Assembly: GCA_016280915.1 (NCBI GenBank)
Contig: JAEEHQ010000036.1
Coordinates: 29,269 to 93,268, forward strand
Direction: 5' to 3'
From: Bacteroidales bacterium
GTDB taxonomy: Bacteria > Bacteroidota > Bacteroidia > Bacteroidales > P3
DNA: 64,000 nt
Both the position numbers and the translations under genes were made by a program. The notes beneath the pieces are model-generated. The model saw only the letters and a list, made by a program, of their open reading frames with translations. It was not told the origin of the DNA and did no database searches. Positions 54,877 through 62,896 of the stretch are shown piece by piece. Position 1 is the stretch's first letter; the number at the start of each line of letters is the position of its first letter.

Positions 54877-55015
54877 TTTCCTTTCCTTTCTGTCGGTTAT
54901 ATCGGTCGTATTTAATAAAAAATCTTATTTCGATAAAGTAAAAAAAAATGCACAATCAACTATCTTTGATTATGTTATAATATAAATATAATTTTCGTTT
55001 TTTTTTTCCATGTTG

Positions 55016-55023
55016 CAAATATA
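55016..55023 (-). promoter_or_regulatory. TAnnTTTG -7 motif (TATATTTG on the minus strand) upstream of 53356-54876
   Basis: CAAATATA on the plus strand, about 140 nt upstream of the ATG. Confidence 0.4.
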
Positions 55024-55246
55024 CATTTTTTATTTCAAATAAAAAAAAACTTTTCGGCGTATAGGTCAAATTGCAGAATGGACGAATGAAAAAAGTTTTG
55101 CATCTTTGCCGCGCAGTTTGAAGCATAGCAGGGCTCTGCTGGGGAGCGATCCCGTAAAGGATAAGACTGCAGCGAATGACGACAAGACATGTGTGAAACG
55201 GCTGCTAGCTAAGAGGAGGCTGTTTCTTTTCCATGGCATGTTAGAT

Positions 55247-55507
55247 TTAACCCACTGCCAAGAAAAACCCACTGATGAACCGCTTGCGGTTCTCCTTTGA
55301 CATCACGCTGTGTTTGATGAGGTTCTTTTCGAAGTCGGTGAAAGTCCCTTCAATCTTGTTGTTGGTCAACCCGACACATTCCGGCATCTGGTATGTGAAG
55401 AGGTACGGCAGGTAGAAGTCGACGCTGTGCATGGCGGAGCGCAGTCGCCTGTGTGTGAACTGCGGCATCCTTGACTTCAAGGAGGAACGCCTGTTCAACA
55501 TGTCCAC
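55247..55507 (-). pseudogene. Transposase C-terminal fragment (IS remnant, family undetermined)
   Basis: '...LTNNKIEGTFTDFEKNLIKHSVMSKENRKRFISGFF' looks like the conserved C-terminal tail of DDE transposases. The upstream frames are broken by stops, and no N-terminal or catalytic region is present. Confidence 0.4.
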
Positions 55508-55816
55508 CCATTCGGACTTCCACTCACTTTCTTCACATCAACAATCTCAAAGCTGTCACCTAAGTTGTCAGTCAGGTAACAGCATTTTCAACAATTCCTT
55601 TGCAGCTTCCATGTCATTTTGTTTTTCCAGCAAAGATATTGTTTTTTTCTAATTTGTAAACACAGGGCTATGCAGGTGAACCTCATTGTACCCCACGCTG
55701 CAATTGTCGTATCATGTGGGGCTATTGTTATTTAATGATTTAGACACTATTCCTTTAAAAAAGCAAAATGATGGATTGTATTTTTTTATAAAACTTGTTA
55801 TTTTAAAAAAAATTAG

Positions 55817-55824
55817 TATATTTG
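55817..55824 (+). promoter_or_regulatory. TAnnTTTG -7 motif (TATATTTG)
   Basis: About 18 nt upstream of the ATG at 55842. Confidence 0.5.
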
Positions 55825-55841
55825 CAAAAAAAAATACAACC

Positions 55842-57392
55842 ATGAATCAATTTATTATTTATTCTGTTAAGCATTGTGGGTTAGAGGGATACTCTGTTGC
55901 AAGAAAGTTTCTCCCCTTGATAGTGAGTGTGTTGTTTTTAATTCCGGGCCTGTCGGCTCAGTCCACTTGGGTCAGCCAGGTGGAACGTTACGCCAATCAA
56001 ACTGGTCAGAATCTGATAGTGCGCACGGCGACTCCCAATAGTGCCGTTATGTGCAGCAAGGCTATGCTATGGACAGGAGAACATACTTTTAGAATTAGGA
56101 ATCTTTCAGGGGGAACAAAGGGCTTCAATTGCAATCTTTCTGCCCTTCTCACAGACAGCACCAGCACCTTTGTTGTCAAAGATATGTACATCTTTAATAA
56201 GGGTTGCTATTTCTGCGGATACATTACGGTCCAGGCAGGTGAACCATTGTATAACAATCAAGGTGAGGTCATTTCTACGGGTTGGTATTCTCAGGGTGTG
56301 GTGGGTTTCTTTGACCTCAGAGATTTGAATTTGCCGAATGCAACACTACATTTGCTGCGAGTAGCGGAGGTGGATAGCCTAATGCATCTGGTGGTTCATC
56401 AGGATGACCCATTTCGGGGTCCGTTGATTATGGCTGTGGGCAGGATTTCAATTAATCTGCCTTCGTCATGTGTTGTTGAGCTACAATGTCCTTTACCCCT
56501 TAGCTACCCAAATACCTGGACAAAACGTGTCGTCCATCCACAATGTTTTGATGTAGATGAGTATCTGACAGACATCATTCTGACGGATAGTTTTCTGGAG
56601 GTGGTATCCAAACTGCCGTATTGGGGGGAAGACGAGGACCCCAATCACTATATCTTCCGTCTGCACCAGACCAAGCGAGAGGGCTTTTATGCTACGTCTG
56701 CCAATATGAGCATTCCGGTCACCGTGGCACAATATTCAGTTCAAGGGGCGGGAGGATTCATTAGGCCACACCAGGAAGACGAGCCAATAAGCCTCTGCTC
56801 AATGAATGAAGACCGGTTCTGTGTGACGTATGGGACTGAGACAGGGTATAGCGGTGTTGGCAATCTGGTAGTCTTCCGAATGAACAGTTCTCAAACGATG
56901 GAGAAGGCACTTTGGTCAAATCGAGCCCATGTGCATTGCCATGTGAGGGATGTGGCCTATTTGAAAGACTTAAATTCGGTTGCCATATTGTCATCTGAGG
57001 ATAATGATTTTCCCGGCGGCATTGTTTGGATTCCCGACTGGGATGCTACAGATGATTATGACCCGATGTACTGGCAGGGGAAGCACCTATGGTCGATAGA
57101 CTGCATGTTGGGTGAGAAGGTAATTGCAGGTGGCACTTATGTGAGCAATTCGATGTTTCAGACCTTATATGACCCGGTTTACAGCATTTATCATTATTAC
57201 GAATCATTGTGTGTCAACACTTACGGTGGCTTTTTTGAACAGTTTCCTGTTAGTGAGCCTACTATTTTTGATTGCGTATGGAAAACGTTTAGAGAGAGTT
57301 TTATGCAAAGCCAGATATTTGAAATACCTGTAGAGTACTTTCCCTCTTTTTCGGATTGCCTGATAGATGAAGACCAATGGCAGAGAAGATGA
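55842..57392 (+). CDS. Secreted hypothetical protein (no T9SS CTD)
   Basis: I prefer the ATG at 55842 because the promoter motif lies inside the longer track ORF. Signal peptide '...LPLIVSVLFLIPGLSAQS'. No family recognised. Confidence 0.6.
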   Translation: MNQFIIYSVKHCGLEGYSVARKFLPLIVSVLFLIPGLSAQSTWVSQVERYANQTGQNLIVRTATPNSAVMCSKAMLWTGEHTFRIRNLSGGTKGFNCNLSALLTDSTSTFVVKDMYIFNKGCYFCGYITVQAGEPLYNNQGEVISTGWYSQGVVGFFDLRDLNLPNATLHLLRVAEVDSLMHLVVHQDDPFRGPLIMAVGRISINLPSSCVVELQCPLPLSYPNTWTKRVVHPQCFDVDEYLTDIILTDSFLEVVSKLPYWGEDEDPNHYIFRLHQTKREGFYATSANMSIPVTVAQYSVQGAGGFIRPHQEDEPISLCSMNEDRFCVTYGTETGYSGVGNLVVFRMNSSQTMEKALWSNRAHVHCHVRDVAYLKDLNSVAILSSEDNDFPGGIVWIPDWDATDDYDPMYWQGKHLWSIDCMLGEKVIAGGTYVSNSMFQTLYDPVYSIYHYYESLCVNTYGGFFEQFPVSEPTIFDCVWKTFRESFMQSQIFEIPVEYFPSFSDCLIDEDQWQRR

Positions 57393-57424
57393 GGTCAGCA
57401 TAAATGTTCAAAATAGTTTATATT

Positions 57425-58864
57425 ATGAAGAAGAAATTGTTATTAATAGTATTTTCAATCATGGCTGTGCAGGGTTGGGGACAAACGTATGACACAGTCT
57501 ATGGCCGTTCCAGTGAACTGTACTATTCGGAATGGTATGACACATGTGCATATTTCTTTGAAACTCCGGCCTACTCACGGAATTATTATTGCCTATTTAC
57601 TAGGACAAATTGGGAAGAATCAGATACATTCCAATATTACAATTATTTGGTAGTGCCAGATTATGTTTCACGACCATTGAAGGTGAGAGGTCTGGCTGTG
57701 ATGCACACAATGAACTATCATATGTGTTGGACGATTAGGACTTTATGCCATGATACCTCCCGACTGCCAGAGTACCTTTATCTGTATCAGAAAGTGGGAG
57801 ACCAGTTGGAAAAGCTAAAGGAGGTGCGTTGGGACACGGCCAGGCCGCAAATAATGAAACTGCCTCGCAACCACGACACGGCCACTTGGGGGTTTGAGTA
57901 CTGCTATCTGTACCGGGTCAATTTCGACACTGCTATCACGGTCGACTCGGTGTTCTATATTGGTGGTACGTTTTTCAACAACTTGATGCCTGATTATTAT
58001 GCTTTTGAGCATCTGCCCACCTTCTATGTGGGAATGACGTCAGCCTATAGTCAGAGGCCTCGTTATCACAATAAAATCTTGTATGGCTTAAATACAAGCG
58101 GAAAAGATGAATGGACTTTTACTGTCAACAATGACTTGTGGGGTCCTTTTTTTGCCATCGCACCGGACACGAGTGTGATGTTGGATGTGCGGACGAGCGA
58201 CATACTGATGGGACAGGTGGAGGGAGGCGGCTGGTGTCTGGACTCGTCGCTGATGACAATCTGGGCCGTCCCGAGGGAACACCACCACTTTACCCATTGG
58301 GATGACGGGGACACCAGCAATCCACGTTTGGTGCTGGTGACGAAGGACACGATGTTCACCGCCTATTTCCAGGAGGACGAGAAATACAGAATCGATGCGT
58401 ATGCTTCCCCAATGGAGGCAGGACTGGTTGAAGGAGCTGGTTATTATTATGGAGGGGACACGGTGGAGTTGCGTGCCGTTGCGAATGCAGGGTATATCTT
58501 CAGAAGGTGGAACAATAGAATCTTCCAAAACCCGCTCACCTTTGTGGCCACAGAAAACGACACTTACAGGGCGTCCTTCATCCGAGTTCCGTCATTAGAA
58601 GGAATAGAAGAGTGTGACAGTGGGGGAGTCACCTTTGCAATAATGCCCAATCCAGCACGAGGGCATGTGACGCTGTTGCTGCCTGAAGGCTCACAGGGTA
58701 AGGGCGAGTTGCTGTTGCGCGACGAGTCGGGCAAGGAGTTGCGCCGCCTTCAAACAGAAGGGGGGCAGATGACACTATCCATCCGCGACCTCACGGCAGG
58801 GGCTTATTTTGTGACCTTGGAGACTGCCCAAGGATCCGCCACGCGGAAGCTTATAGTAGAGTGA
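57425..58864 (+). CDS. T9SS cargo protein, hypothetical (paralogue of 53356-54876)
   Basis: MKKKLLLIVFSIMAVQGWGQ (an alternative ATG is at 57404). Two InlB-B-repeat-like units are present ('HHFTHWDDGDTSNPRLVLVTKDTMFTAYF', 'GYIFRRWNNRIFQNPLTFVATENDTYRASF'). The CTD is 'FAIMPNPARGHVTLLL...GAYFVTLETAQGSATRKLIVE'. Confidence 0.8.
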   Translation: MKKKLLLIVFSIMAVQGWGQTYDTVYGRSSELYYSEWYDTCAYFFETPAYSRNYYCLFTRTNWEESDTFQYYNYLVVPDYVSRPLKVRGLAVMHTMNYHMCWTIRTLCHDTSRLPEYLYLYQKVGDQLEKLKEVRWDTARPQIMKLPRNHDTATWGFEYCYLYRVNFDTAITVDSVFYIGGTFFNNLMPDYYAFEHLPTFYVGMTSAYSQRPRYHNKILYGLNTSGKDEWTFTVNNDLWGPFFAIAPDTSVMLDVRTSDILMGQVEGGGWCLDSSLMTIWAVPREHHHFTHWDDGDTSNPRLVLVTKDTMFTAYFQEDEKYRIDAYASPMEAGLVEGAGYYYGGDTVELRAVANAGYIFRRWNNRIFQNPLTFVATENDTYRASFIRVPSLEGIEECDSGGVTFAIMPNPARGHVTLLLPEGSQGKGELLLRDESGKELRRLQTEGGQMTLSIRDLTAGAYFVTLETAQGSATRKLIVE

Positions 58865-58974
58865 AGGAAAAAGTCTGCCGCAGCAGGAGGCGTGGATGAT
58901 GCGATGGCTTGAGGATAGGTAAGATGCATGCTTTCTGAACAATTGGAGCAGTTTCTGTCTCCATCTTCTGAATA

Positions 58975-59016
58975 AAACACGAATTGCCCATGATTGTTTC
59001 GGGGCAATTCGTGTTT
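58975..59016 (+). terminator. Rho-independent terminator
   Basis: A 15-bp perfect stem, AAACACGAATTGCCC (58975-58989) with GGGCAATTCGTGTTT (59002-59016). Confidence 0.75.
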
Positions 59017-59061
59017 CGATATTCTTTTTCATGTGTTTATGAATAAATCGGATTTTTTGTG

Positions 59062-59069
59062 TATCTTTG
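59062..59069 (+). promoter_or_regulatory. TAnnTTTG -7 motif (TATCTTTG)
   Basis: It lies within GTATCTTTGCA, about 23 nt upstream of the ATG at 59092. Confidence 0.5.
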
Positions 59070-59091
59070 CATTTTAATCACGTTCACAAGA

Positions 59092-60660
59092 ATGCGGATA
59101 AATGTTTTAAAATGTGTGCTGTGGCTTTTGGCGGTGCTGGCATTTGTGCCAGTGCAGGGGCAGAAACTCATCACCTATGAGGCCGGTATGGGTACCCGTG
59201 ACCCCTTTGACCCTGATGTTTGGATTCTCTACCAACGCGTCAGGGCGGTTCATGAGGGCATGGTGCTTCATGCCGACTCGGCGTTGCTTAATACTGTACG
59301 CAACGATTTTGTTGCTTTTGGAAATATTAAAGTGGAGGTGACAGATACCACCACCATCTTCGGCGACCAGCTTTATTATGATGGCACGACCCGTGTCGTT
59401 GAGATTTGGGACGACACCGTACGCATGATTGACGGCAAGACCATCCTCAAGTCCGACCACCTCATTTACGACCGTTACTCTTCTATAGCGTCCTACGACT
59501 CCTGGGGCATCACCACCAATCAGCAACGCCGCCTAGTCAGCAAGGTGGGCTATTATAATTCCGACCTGAAGATCTTCGACATCTACGATTCGGTAGTCCT
59601 CACCGACACCAATATGCGGCTGGAGACCGACACGCTTACTTATGAAATGAATGCCCACACCGCCTACTTTTGGAGTCCAACCCACGTCTACACCGATTCC
59701 ACTACTATCTATAGTGAAAGGGGAACCTATAACACCGAACAACGTGTGGCCCATTCGGTCAAAGCATCGCAGGTACACCGTGCTGAGCATCATCTTTTTA
59801 GCGATACGCTCGACTACTATGAGGAGACTGAGTTTGGCAAGGCGCAAGGTAATGTGCTCATCTACGACACCGTCAACGATGTCATCAGCACCAGCCGCTA
59901 TGCCGAGACCAACCAGCAGACCCGTACCTCTTTTATTACCGATAGTGCCTTAGTGCGTTTCATCAACCGCAATGAGGATGACACCCTTGCTGCTCCCGAC
60001 ACGCTCTACCTGCATGCCGACAGCATTTTTGTCACCAACGACTCTTCCAAAGCATTAGAGTCTGTCACCGCTTACCATCATGTCAAGGTTTTTCGTGGCG
60101 ACGCCCAAGCCATGAGCGACTCTATCTTTTATTCTGCTGCTGACTCTACGGTGCGTCTCTTCTACAATCCCGTGGTGTGGTATCATGACTATCAGGCAAC
60201 GGCCGACACCATCGTCGTCAAGCATGACTCTTCTGGTGCCAAGCAGGCCTTTTTTAATAGTAGTAGTTTTTTTATCGAGTGTCTTGACCGTGAGAAATAC
60301 AATCAGGTGAAGGGACGTAACACGGTGGTTTATTTTGTTGAAGGTGAGCCCCATCATGCCGACATTCGGGGCAATGCCGAGATGACTTACCATATCATCG
60401 ACGAAGATGTGCATGGCAATAAGACGCTGGTGGGAGTCAATGCCGGCATAGGCTCTGACATGCGTGTCTATTTTGTCGACCGCGCTCCCGACCGTGTGGT
60501 CACTTTCGGCAATCCCGATATGCAGACCTACCCGTTGGAACAACTGCCCCAAGACAAGAAATTCCTCAACAATTTCCATTGGTTCGATGCCGAGCGTCCC
60601 AAGAAACCAATGGATGTGTTTAAGGTGGGTTCTATAAATTCCACATTAAAAAAACAATAA
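59092..60660 (+). CDS. OstA/LptA-like beta-jellyroll repeat protein
   Basis: ATG at 59092 gives MRINVLKCVLWLLAVLAFVPVQGQ. OstA-N-like segments repeat ('HADSALLNTVRNDFVAFGNIKV', 'LKSDHLIYDRYSSIA', 'LETDTLTYEMNAHTAYF'). The last 12 codons and the stop codon lie inside the MITE-like repeat. Confidence 0.65.
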   Translation: MRINVLKCVLWLLAVLAFVPVQGQKLITYEAGMGTRDPFDPDVWILYQRVRAVHEGMVLHADSALLNTVRNDFVAFGNIKVEVTDTTTIFGDQLYYDGTTRVVEIWDDTVRMIDGKTILKSDHLIYDRYSSIASYDSWGITTNQQRRLVSKVGYYNSDLKIFDIYDSVVLTDTNMRLETDTLTYEMNAHTAYFWSPTHVYTDSTTIYSERGTYNTEQRVAHSVKASQVHRAEHHLFSDTLDYYEETEFGKAQGNVLIYDTVNDVISTSRYAETNQQTRTSFITDSALVRFINRNEDDTLAAPDTLYLHADSIFVTNDSSKALESVTAYHHVKVFRGDAQAMSDSIFYSAADSTVRLFYNPVVWYHDYQATADTIVVKHDSSGAKQAFFNSSSFFIECLDREKYNQVKGRNTVVYFVEGEPHHADIRGNAEMTYHIIDEDVHGNKTLVGVNAGIGSDMRVYFVDRAPDRVVTFGNPDMQTYPLEQLPQDKKFLNNFHWFDAERPKKPMDVFKVGSINSTLKKQ

Positions 60661-60880
60661 TAAATATGAGTGTACTTAAATTTTTCAGCGCTTTTGCCCT
60701 TATTTCGGCATCTTTCCGATTGTCAGTCGGTTACAATGCACCGCGTTAGCTTCGCTGACGTTTCTTTGGCTCGACAAAAGACACAAGCATCTTTTGCGAA
60801 ACGCTGCTCCCACCTTCCGCACGGAAATCTGCTCGAAATAAGAACAAAATCGATTGAAAGCAATTTATAGAACCTACCTT
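60622..60880 (+). repeat. MITE-like repeat, copy 2
   Basis: AAGGTGGGTTCTATAAA (60622-60638) and TTTATAGAACCTACCTT (60864-60880) form 17-nt terminal inverted repeats with one mismatch. The interior matches the reverse complement of 1910-2177. Confidence 0.8.
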
Positions 60881-60964
60881 AAGTGGTGACAAATTGGCAT
60901 ATTCCTGTCAGTTGGCACAGAAAGTGAATGGCCACGCAACAATATTAATTGAAAATTATTTATC

Positions 60965-61579
60965 ATGTCAGAAGAAAATAAAGAGCAACAGAAAGAAGAA
61001 ATCAAAGATACTCAGGCCACAGCGGCCAATCAGGAACCATCAGCACAAAAGGCTGACTCTTCCGAGAAACCCGAAACCGAACAGCGTCAGAGTCGTCGCG
61101 AACGTCGTAAACATCGTGAGCATCATGACGACAATGAGCAGAAAGTGCAGGAGTTGGGGCAGAAACTCATTGAGGCCAACGATAAGTATGTCCGCATCTA
61201 TTCGGAGTATGAGAACTACCGTAAGCGTACCACGATGGAGAAGGCCGACCTCATCCTGAATGGTGCCAAAGACACCATCAAGGCTATCCTCCCCGTTGTC
61301 GACGACTTTGAGCGTGCTTTGGCGCACATTGCTGATGACGATGCTTCCAAAGAAGGTGTACAACTGATTTATAATAAGATGATGAAGGTTCTCGAACAGA
61401 GGGGCCTCAAGCCAATGGAGGCCAAGGGTCAGAAGTTCGACGAGAATCTCCATGAGGCAGTCACCCAATTCCCAGCTGCTGACGAGAGCCAGAAAGGCAT
61501 GGTTGTGGACGTGGTAGAGAAGGGCTACTACCTCAACGACAAGGTGCTCCGCTACGCCAAGGTGGTGGTGGCTATTTAA
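60965..61579 (+). CDS. grpE: Nucleotide exchange factor GrpE
   Basis: 'YVRIYSEYENYRKRT' and 'VLPVVDDFERAL', with a C-terminal beta-domain. It lies immediately upstream of dnaJ. Confidence 0.93.
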   Translation: MSEENKEQQKEEIKDTQATAANQEPSAQKADSSEKPETEQRQSRRERRKHREHHDDNEQKVQELGQKLIEANDKYVRIYSEYENYRKRTTMEKADLILNGAKDTIKAILPVVDDFERALAHIADDDASKEGVQLIYNKMMKVLEQRGLKPMEAKGQKFDENLHEAVTQFPAADESQKGMVVDVVEKGYYLNDKVLRYAKVVVAI

Positions 61580-61607
61580 AATTGTTTTATGAAAGAGAGA
61601 GTGTTAT

Positions 61608-62777
61608 ATGGCAAAGAGAGATTATTATGAAGTATTAGGTGTCGGGCGCAACGCAACCCCCGATGAGTTAAAAAAGGCATACCGCAAGCTTGCCCTGAAG
61701 TACCACCCCGACCGCAATCCGGGAGACAAAGAGGCCGAGGAAAAATTCAAGGAGGCTGCCGAGGCTTATGATGTGCTGAGCAACCCAGAGAAGAAGACCA
61801 AGTATGATCAGTTTGGTCATGCTGCTTTTGAGGGTGGTGCCGGTGGCTATAGCGGAGGCATGGATATGAATGATATCTTCTCCCATTTCGGCGATATCTT
61901 TGGTGATATCTTTGGCAATGGTGGCGGTGGATTCAGCGGTTTTGGCGGTTTTGGCGGAAGTGCTTCCGGCCGTCGTGCCCGCACGGCTTCGCGCGGCAGC
62001 AACCTCCGCATCAAGGTCAAGCTGACTCTCGAGGAGATTGATAAGGGCTGCGAGAAGAAAATCAAGGTGGCCAAGTATGTGCCCTGTAAGACCTGTGGCG
62101 GTTCGGGCGCACGAAATAATAGTTTCGAGACCTGTCCTCATTGTCATGGACAAGGCGTGGTGACTGAGGTTCGTCGCACCATCTTGGGCCAGATGCAGAC
62201 TCAGAGCGTTTGCCCCCATTGCGGTGGTCAGGGTCAGATAATCAAGGATAAGTGCCGCGACTGTAATGGCGAAGGCATCGTCCGTTCCGAGGAAATTATC
62301 AGCATCAACATACCTGCAGGTGTGGCCGACGGCATGCAGCTTTCCATGTCGGGCAAGGGCAATGCCGCTCCCCACGGTGGCATACCGGGCGACCTCATCG
62401 TACTCATCGAAGAGGTGCCCCATGATACTTTCGAGCGCCAGGAGTCGAACCTTTATTACAACGCCTTCATCACCTTTGCCCAGGCAGCCATGGGTGCCAG
62501 CATAGAAATACCCACACTCTCAGGCAAAGTGAAGGTGAAAATTGATGCCGGTACGCCTTCTGGCAAGGTGCTCCGTCTGCGTGGCAAAGGACTTCCCGAG
62601 GTCAACGGCTATGGCCGTGGCGATTTGTTGGTAAGTATCAATGTCTGGATTCCCAAAAGCCTCTCCCGCGAGGAGAAGGAATTACTCACTAAACTTGACA
62701 AATCCCCCAATTTCCAACCAAGTCCTTCCAAGCAGGAACGCGGCTTCTTTGACAGAATGAAGGATTTGTTCAACTAA
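61608..62777 (+). CDS. dnaJ: Molecular chaperone DnaJ
   Basis: J-domain 'DYYEVLGV...YHPDRN', a G/F-rich linker, and four CxxCxGxG zinc motifs. Confidence 0.95.
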   Translation: MAKRDYYEVLGVGRNATPDELKKAYRKLALKYHPDRNPGDKEAEEKFKEAAEAYDVLSNPEKKTKYDQFGHAAFEGGAGGYSGGMDMNDIFSHFGDIFGDIFGNGGGGFSGFGGFGGSASGRRARTASRGSNLRIKVKLTLEEIDKGCEKKIKVAKYVPCKTCGGSGARNNSFETCPHCHGQGVVTEVRRTILGQMQTQSVCPHCGGQGQIIKDKCRDCNGEGIVRSEEIISINIPAGVADGMQLSMSGKGNAAPHGGIPGDLIVLIEEVPHDTFERQESNLYYNAFITFAQAAMGASIEIPTLSGKVKVKIDAGTPSGKVLRLRGKGLPEVNGYGRGDLLVSINVWIPKSLSREEKELLTKLDKSPNFQPSPSKQERGFFDRMKDLFN

Positions 62778-62896
62778 GGTTGAATCAATTGGGGTGCTTG
62801 GCAATTGCTACCATTCCTCGAAAAGGATAAGGTCCACGTCAAGCCTTGACTTCAGTCAACAGTTAGCACTAAGTTAATATTTAGATAACAAAAAAA

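Noticed and set aside
60893-60920. 'TTGGCATATTCCTGTCAGTTGGCAC' upstream of grpE looks like a sigma-54 (-24 TGGCAC / -12 TTGC) promoter.
   Set aside because: The spacing and the -12 element do not fit the consensus: it reads TGGCAT-N5-TGTC. No supporting enhancer-binding protein is in the window. This is probably coincidental.
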